The translations under genes were made by a program, and so were the position numbers. A stretch of DNA of 64,000 bases, taken from NCBI RefSeq assembly GCF_009914755.1, contig NC_060929.1, one strand, 5' to 3'. Below, in pieces: positions 55,545 through 64,000 of this stretch (position 1 is its first letter; every line of letters begins with the position of its first letter). The notes under the pieces are model-generated. The model saw nothing but the letters and a program-made list of their open reading frames with translations, did not search any database and was not told where the DNA came from. This DNA is from the human T2T-CHM13v2.0 reference genome, Homo sapiens.

Positions 55545-58500
55545 GTAGGAGGGGATGAAGCAAGACAAATAGAAGGCTCCACCAATCGTCCACCCGCCCA
55601 GGAAGAACACCAAGATAACAACTATCTCCAAACAAAAACCACCATCATAAGAACCAAAAAGCAGGTGAGCACTTATAGTACCATGTTTTAACTTCATGTT
55701 ACTAAAAGAGGCACTGGAGAGGTAGGAAAAGCAGTCTTGAATTGCTGACACCACCCCTCCCCCATCCCCAAGCAGTGGCTGCATGGTGTGGAGAGAGAAT
55801 CTGTGCACTTGGAAGTGGGAGCACACAGAAATTGTGAGACAACGTATATTGAACTCAGTGCTGCCTGGTCACAGTAGAAAGCAAAACCAGACTAAGCTCA
55901 GCTGATGCCCACCCACACAGGGAGTATTTAAACCAGCCCTAGCCAGAAAGGAATTGTCCTCCCAGTGGTTGGAATTTGAGTTCCTGCAAGCCTTATCATC
56001 GCAGGCTAAAGTACTCTGGGACTCTAAATAAACTTGAAAGGCATTGTAGGCCACAAGAACTACAACTCCTAATTGAGTCCTAGTGCTGAATCAGGCTCTG
56101 AGTCAGTAGACTTAAAGGGCACAGGACCTCCTGAGACACGAGCCAGGGTAGCTAAGGGAGTGCTTGTTCCACCTCTCCAGCAACCCCAGGCTGCACAGGT
56201 CATGACTCCGAAAGAGACTTCCTCCTTCTTCTTGAGTAGAGAAGAGGGAAGAGAAAAAAGGACTTTGTCTTTCACCTGTATACCAGCTCAGCCACAGCAG
56301 GATAGGGTACCAGTGAGAGTTGTGAGGCCCACTTTCCAGGTTCTACTTGTGGATGACATTTCTAGACATATTCTGGGCCAGAAGAGAACCTACAGGCTTG
56401 AAGGGAAGGAGCCAGTCCTGGCAAGATCATCAACTGCTAAATAAAGAGCCCTTGGGTCCTGAATAACCAATAATGATAACCAGAAAGTACACCATGGGCC
56501 TTGAGTAAGACTCTGTTATTAGCTGTCTTCAGGTGAGACTAAGCACATTCTCAGCTATGGTGTTATGAGGAGAATCTCTGCTTGAGAAATGCAGAAAGAA
56601 AAGTAAAGAGCACTTTGTCTATAGGGAACTTTGTCTTGCACATTAGGTATTCGTTCAGCCACATAGAAACAGAGCACCAAGCAGGCTATTGGGGTCACCA
56701 ATTACAGGCCTTGGCTCTTGGATGGCATCCTTCGACCTGCCCTTGGGACAGAGGGAAGACCACTGCCCTGAAGGGTGAGTAGCAGGCCAGGCAGCATTAG
56801 CTACAAGCTGACTTAAGAGCCCTCAGGCCTTAAGAGAGCATGGCAGTAACCTGGCAATACTCCATGTGGGCCTGTGGTATTGGTGGCCACCGGGTGAGGC
56901 TCCTCTGCCTGTGGAAAGGGGAGGGAAGAGCAGAAGGGACTGCGTGTTGTTGTTTGAGTATGAGGTGTGAGCTCAGCCACAGTACAATAGAAAACCATGT
57001 AGACATCTAAGGTTTTTGACTGTAGTCCCTGGCTCCTGGATGGCACCTCTGGACCTGCCCAGGGCCTGGGGGTACTTGCCAGAACACAAGCCTAGCTGGC
57101 TTTGCCAGCTGATGATTGTAGAGCCCCAGGGCCTTGCACGAACATAGGTGGCAGCCAGGTAGTAATTACAGTGGGCTTTAGGCAAGATCAAGTGCTGTGC
57201 TGGCTACAGGACTGACCCAGCACAGACACAGTGGTGCTTGTGTCACTCCACTCCCAGCTCCAGATGGCCCAGAACAGAGAAACTGTTTGGAGAAAGTAAG
57301 GAAGGAGAACAAGAGTCTTTGCTTGGTAATCCCGAGAATACTTCTGGATCTTATCCAAGACCATCAAGGAGGTACTTCTACAAGTCTTCAGGAACCACAG
57401 AATTACTGGACTTGGATTGGGGTGCCATATGTAAATATGGCTTAGGTAACAACACCCAAGTCCTTTCAAATAACTGAAAAGTCCTCCCAAGAAGCATGAG
57501 TATAAACAAGCCTAGACTGTGAAGACTATAGTAAATACTTAACTGTTCAATGCCCAGACACAAGCAAACATCCACAGGCATCAAGATCATTCAGGAAAAC
57601 ATAATCTCACCAAATCAACTAAATACAGCACCAGGGACCAATCCTGGAGAAACAGAGAGATATGACCTTTCAGACAGAGAATCAAAAATAGCTGTCTTGA
57701 GGAAACTCAAAGAATTTCAAGATAATACAAAGAAGGAATTCAGAATTCTATCAGATAAACTGAACAAAGAGATTAAAATAATTTAAAAGAATCAAGCAGA
57801 ATTTCTGGAGTTGAAAAATGCAATTGGCATACTGAAGAATGCATCAGAGTCTTTTAATAGCAGAATTGATCAAGCAGAAGAAAGAATAAATGAGTTTGCT
57901 GATAGGCTATTTGAAAATAGTCAGAGGAGACAAAAGAAAAAAGAATAAAAGACAATAAAGCATGCCTACAGATTCTAGAAAATAGCATCAAAAAGGCAAA
58001 TCTAAGAGTTATTGGCCTTAAAGATGAGGTCGAGAAAGAGATAGAGGTAGAAAGTTTATTCAAAGAGATAATAACACAGAACTCCCCAAAGCTAGAGAAA
58101 GATAATATCTGAGTACAAGAAGGTTATAGAATACCAAGCAGATTTAACCTTAAGAATACTACCTCAATGTATTTAATAATCAAACTCCCAAAGATCATGG
58201 GTAAAGATTCTAAAAGTAGCAAGAGAAAAGAAACAAATAACATAAAATGGAGCTGTAATACATCTGTCATCAGACTTTTCAGTGCAAACCTCACAGACCA
58301 GAAGATAGTGGCATGACATACTTAAAGTGCTAAAGGAAAAAAAAAAACTTTTACTCCAGAAGAATATGTCTAGAGTAAAAAACTTTTACTCTAGAAAAAT
58401 GTCCTTCGAACACGAAGGAGAAATAAACACTTTCCCAGACAAATAAAAGCTGAGAGATTTCATCACACCAGACCTATCCTACAAAAAAATGCTAAAGGGA

Positions 58501-58749
58501 GTACTTCAATCAGAAAGAAAAAGACAATAAAAAAGCAATAAGAAATCATCTGAAGCTATAAAACTCATTGGTAATAGTAAGTGCACCGAAAAACACAGAT
58601 TATAACACTATAACTGTAGTGTGTAAACTAGTTATCTGAAGTAGAAAGATGATGAACCAATCAAAAATAGTAACTGACAACTTTTCAAGAGATAGACAAT
58701 ACATTAAGATATAAATGGAAACAACAAAAGGTTAAGAGTTGGAGGAAGC
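55545..58749 (+). mobile_element. L1MA/L1M1-type element: 5'UTR, decayed ORF1 and inter-ORF spacer
   Basis: 5'UTR with repeated modules; ORF1 remnants (YDLSDRESKIAVLRKLKEFQDNT in the ORF at 57550-57786; atcagacttttca). Confidence 0.85.
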
Positions 58750-59302
58750 AGTACCATGCTGTTCTGGTTACTGCAGTCTTGTGGTATAGTTTGAAGTTAG
58801 GTAGCATGATGCCTCCAGTTTTGTTCTTTTTGCTTAGGATTGTCTTGGCTATTCAAGCTCTTTTTTGGTTTCATATAAATTTTTAAAGTTTTTTTTTTTT
58901 TAATTCTGTGAAGAATTCCAATGGTAGTTTAATGGGAATAGCATAAAATCTATAAATTACTTTGGGCAGTATGGCCATTTTCACGATATTGATTCTTCCT
59001 ATCCATGAGCATGGAATGTTTTTCCATTTTTTTGTGTCCTCTCTGGTTTTCTTGAGTGGTGGTTTGTAGTTCTCCTTGAAGAGGTCCTTCACTTCCCTTG
59101 TTAGCTGTATTCCTAGGTATTTTATTCTCATTGTGACAACTGTGAATGGGAATTCATTTATGACTTGGCTGTCTGCTTGCCTGTTGCGGGTGTATACAAA
59201 TGCCTGTGATTTCTGAACATTGATTTTGTATTCTGAGACTGCTGAAGTTGCTTACCAACTTAAGAATCTTTTGGGCTTAGACAATGGAGTTTTCTAGATA
59301 AA
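58750..59302 (-). mobile_element. Inverted 5' segment of an L1PA (about PA8) insertion
   Basis: Minus-strand ORF2 remnant [22 protein letters not shown] (58883-59131). Confidence 0.9.
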
Positions 59303-60585
59303 GTATGGAGAAAATTTTTGCAATCTGTCCGTCTGACAAATGTCTAATATTCAGATTCTATAAGAAACTTAATCAAATTTAGAAGAAAAAACAAACAACC
59401 CCATTAAAAGGTGGGCAACGGACATGAACAGACATTTTTCAAAAGAAGACATTCACACAGCCAACAAACATATGAAAAAAAAGCTCTTTGGGAGGCCAAG
59501 GCGGGTGGATCACGAGGTCAGGAGATCAAGACCATCCTCGCTAACACGGTGAAACCCCGTCTCTACTAAAAACAGAAAAAAATTAGCTGGGTGTGGTGGC
59601 AGGCGCCTGTAGTCCCAGCTACTCAGGAGGCTGAGGCCGGAGAATGGCATGAACCCGGGAGGCAGAGCTTGCAGTGAGCCAAGATTGCGCCACTGCACTG
59701 CAGCCTGGGCAACAGAGCGAGACTCCGTCTCAAAAAAAAAAAAAAAAAAAAAAAAGCTCAACATCACTGATCATTAAAGAAATGCAAATCAAAACCACAA
59801 TGAGATACCATTTCATGCCAGTCAGAATGGTGATTATTAGAAAGTCAAGAAACAACATGTTGGCAAGGTTGCAGAGAAATAGGAACGCTTTCACACTGTT
59901 GGTGGGAATGTAAATTAGTTCAACCATTGTAGAAGACAGTGTAGCAATTCCTCAAAGATCTAGAACCAGAAAAACCATTTGACCCAGCAATCCCATTACT
60001 GAGTATATACCCAAATGAATATAAATAATTCTATTATAAAGATACATGTACACATATGTTTACTGCAGCACTATTCACAATAGAAAAGACATGGAATAAA
60101 GCCAAATGCCCATCAGTGATAGACTGGATAAAGAAAATATGGTACCTATACACTATGCAATACTATGCAGCCATAAAAAGGAATGAGATCATGTTTTTTG
60201 CAGGGACATGCATGGAGCTGGAATCCATTATCCTTAGCAAACTAACGCAGGAGTAGAAAACCAAACACCACATGTTCTCACCTATAAATGGGAGCTGAAC
60301 AATGAGGACACACGGACACAGGGAGAAGAAAGGGGAACAATACATATGGGGGCCTGTCAAGGGGTGAGGTGGAGGGAGGGAGAGCATTAGGAAAAATAGT
60401 TAATGCATGTTGGGCTTAATAACTAGGTGATGCAATGATAGATGCACCAAACCTCCATGGCACACATTTACCTGTGTAACAAACCTGCACATCCTGCACA
60501 ATTTACCTATGTAACAAACCTGTACATCCTGCACATGTGCCCCAGAACTTAAAATGAAAATAACAAAATAAAATTTAAAAATAAA
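59303..60585 (+). mobile_element. Non-inverted 3' segment of the same L1PA (about PA8) insertion
   Basis: ORF2 end plus 3'UTR (gggagagcattaggaaaaatag...aacaaacctgcacatcctgcac) and A-rich tail. Confidence 0.9.
59487..59755 (+). mobile_element. 5'-truncated AluY nested in the L1PA
   Basis: TSD aaaaaaaagctc ending at 59486 and 59759. Confidence 0.95.
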
Positions 60586-62230
60586 GAGGTTAAGGTGTAG
60601 AGTTTTTATTAGTTTTCTTTTTGTTTGTTTGTTTATGCAAGCAGTATTAAGTTCTTATCAGCTTAAAGGGTTATAAGACAGTATTTGCAAGGCTTATGGT
60701 AACCTCAAATCAAAAAAAACATACAACGGATACACAAAAATGAAAAGCATAAAATTAAATCAAATGACCAGAAAAAAATCACCTTCACTGAAAGTAATAC
60801 AGAAAGAAAAGAAGAAAGAGACCATAAAACAAACAGAAAACAAGTGACAAAATGACGGGAGTAAGTCCTTACTTATTAATAATAACATTGAACATAAATG
60901 GACAAAACTCTCCAATTAAAAGACATAGAGTGGCTGAATGGATTTTAAAGAACAAGATCTAATGATCCGTTGCCTACAAGAAACACACTTCACCTATACA
61001 CAGACTGAAAGTAAAGGGGTGGAGAAAGATATTCCATACCAATGGAAACAAAAAAGAGCAAAAGTGGCTATACCTATCCTATATCAGCCAAAGTAGATTT
61101 CAAGACAAAAATCATAAGGAGAGACAAAGAAAATCACTAGATAATGATAAAGGGGTCAATTCAGCACAATATTTAACAATTGCAAATATACATGTACCTA
61201 ACACTGCAGCATCCTGACATATAAAGCAAATACTATTAGAACTAAAGAGAGAAATAGACTCCAATAAAATAATAGCTGGAGATTTCAACATACCACTTTT
61301 GGCATTGGACAGATCTTCCAGACAGAAAATCAACAAAGACACATTAAACTTAATCTGCACTACAGAACACATGGACCTACCAGATATTTAGAGTACATTT
61401 TATCCAACAGCTGAAGAATACACATTCTTTTCCACAGCACATGGATCATTCTCAAAGACAGACCATATGTTAGGTCACAAAACAAGTCTTAAAACATTCA
61501 AGAAAACTGAAATAACATCAAGCATCTTCCCCGAACACAATGGAATTAAACTAGAAATCAATAACCAGAGGGATTTGAGGAACTATACAGACATACAGAA
61601 ATTTAAAAATATACTCCTGAATAATCAGTGAGTCAATGAAGACATTAGAAAGAAAATGGAAAAATTTATTGAAACAAATGATAATAGAAACACAACCTAC
61701 CAAAACCTATGGGATACAGCAAAAGTAGAAGAAAGTTTATAGTTATACGTGCCTACATCAAAAAATAATAAAAACTTTAAATAGGCAAGCTAACAATGCA
61801 TCTTTAAAAGTTAGAAAAGCAAGAGCAAACCAAACCCAAAATTAGTAGAAGAAAAGAAATAATAAATTTCAGAGCAAAAATAAGTTTGAAACGAAGAAAA
61901 CAAAACAAAAGATCAAAAAGCACAAAGTTGGTTTTTTGAAAAGATAAAGAAAATGGACAAACTTTTAGCCAGGCTGAGGAAAAAAACAAAGACTCAAATA
62001 AATAAAATCAACAATGAAAAGGGAAACATTGTAACTAATACTGCAGAAATTCAAGAATCATTAGTGGCTACTATAAGCAACTATCTGCAATAAATTGGAA
62101 AATCCAGAAGAAACAGATAAATTCCTACATGCGTAAAACCTATTAAGATTGAACCATGAAGAAATCCAAAATCTGAATAGACCAATAACAAGTAAGGAGA
62201 TGAAAGCCATAATAGAAAGAGTCTCCCAGC

Positions 62231-62532
62231 AGCCGGGCGCGGTGGCTCACGTCTGTAATCCCAGCACTTTGGGAGGCCGAGGTGGGCAGATCACGAGGTC
62301 AGGAGATCGAGACCATCCTGGCTAGTATGGTGAAACCTCGTCTCTACTAAAAAAAAATACAAAAAAATTAGCCGGGCATGGTGGCGGGTGCCTGTAGTCC
62401 CAGCTACTCAGGAGGCTGAGGCAGGAGAATGGCGTGAACCTGGGAGGCAGAGCTTGTAGTTAGCGGAGATTGCGCCACTGCACTCCAGCCTGGGCGACAG
62501 AGCAAGACTCCGTCTCAAAAAAAAAAAAAAAA
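62231..62532 (+). mobile_element. AluY in L1 ORF2
   Basis: TSD agtctcccagc at 62220-62230 and 62533-62543. Confidence 0.95.
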
Positions 62533-63336
62533 AGTCTCCCAGCTACGAAAAGTCCAGGACTCAGTAGCTTCACTGCTGAATTTCATCAAACATTTAAAGA
62601 AGAACTAATATCAATCCTACTCAAATGATTCAGAAAAATAAAGGAAGAGGGAATACTTCCAAAGTCATTATGCAAGGCCAGTATTACCCTGATACCAAAA
62701 TCAGACAAAGACACATTAAAAAAAAGAAAACTATAGGCCAATATCACTTATGAATATTGATCCAAAAATTCTCAACAAAATACCAGCAAACTGAATTCAA
62801 CAGTACATTATGATGATCATTCATCATGACCAAGTGGGATTTATCCCATGAATGCAAGGATGGTACCACATATGCAAATCAAACAATGGGATGCATCATA
62901 CCAACAGAATGAAGAACAAAAACCAGATAATCATTTCAATTGATGTTGAAAAAACATTTGATAAAATTCAACATCCCTTCATCACAAAAACTCTCAAAAA
63001 CCTGGATATAGAAGAAACATACCTCAACATAATAAAAGCCATATACATCAGATCTATAAATAGTATAATACTGAATGGGGAAAAACTGAAAGCTTCTTCT
63101 CTAAGATTAGGAACATGACAAGGATGCTCATTTTCATGACTGTTATTCAACACAGTACTAGAAGTCCTAGCTGGAGCAGTCAGACCAGAAAAAGAAACAA
63201 GGGCATCCAAATTGGAAAGGAAGAAGTCAAATTATCCCTGTTTGCAGATGATATGATCTTAAATTTGGAAAAACCTAAAGACTTCCCCCCAAAACTATTA
63301 GAACTGATAAACAAATTAGGTAAAGTTGCAGGACAT

Positions 63337-63659
<323 letters not shown>

Positions 63660-64000
63660 TCAACATACAAAAACCAGTAGCATTTCTGTATGCCAAAAGC
63701 AATCATCTGAAGAACAAATCTTGAAAGTAATTCCATTTACAATAACCACAAATAAAATAAAATACCTAGGAATTAACTTAAAGAAGTGAAAGATCTCTAC
63801 AATGAAAACTATAAAACACAGAATGCAAGAAAGAAAAGAAGACACAAAAAAGAGAAAGATATCCCATGTTCATGGATTAGAAGAATTAATATTGTTAAAA
63901 TGTCCATACCAACCAAAGCAATCTATACATTTAATGTAATCCTTATCAAAATATCAACGACATTCTTCATAGAAATAGAAAAAAAAAATCCTAAAATTTA

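Overview
Human (primate) genomic DNA, AT-rich and densely filled with interspersed repeats. A minus-strand exon at 23766-23822 encodes MLDSCKLKSACNLPFICNK followed by a consensus GTAAGT donor. I recognise this from memory as the N-terminus of the short isoform of MCTP1 (multiple C2 and transmembrane domain protein 1), so the window most likely lies inside the large 5' intron of MCTP1. It carries the short isoform's internal promoter (TATA-like box at -31 to an Inr, AP-1, D-box). The longer ORF-track entries map to L1/Alu sequence; none looks like a host gene. The most interesting observations are: (i) short, stop-free, phase-0 candidate MCTP1 exons on the minus strand, namely a 21-nt microexon with a perfect TACTAAC branch point, 30-nt and 45-nt cassettes, and a Cys-rich candidate alternative N-terminal exon at the window edge; (ii) two uORFs around the short-isoform start codon; (iii) a 167-bp, 98%-identical templated insertion copied from 3.86 kb away; (iv) several nested and young retroelements. 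I see no evidence for an entirely new biological system. Subfamily names come from recalled consensus sequences, not from a database search.
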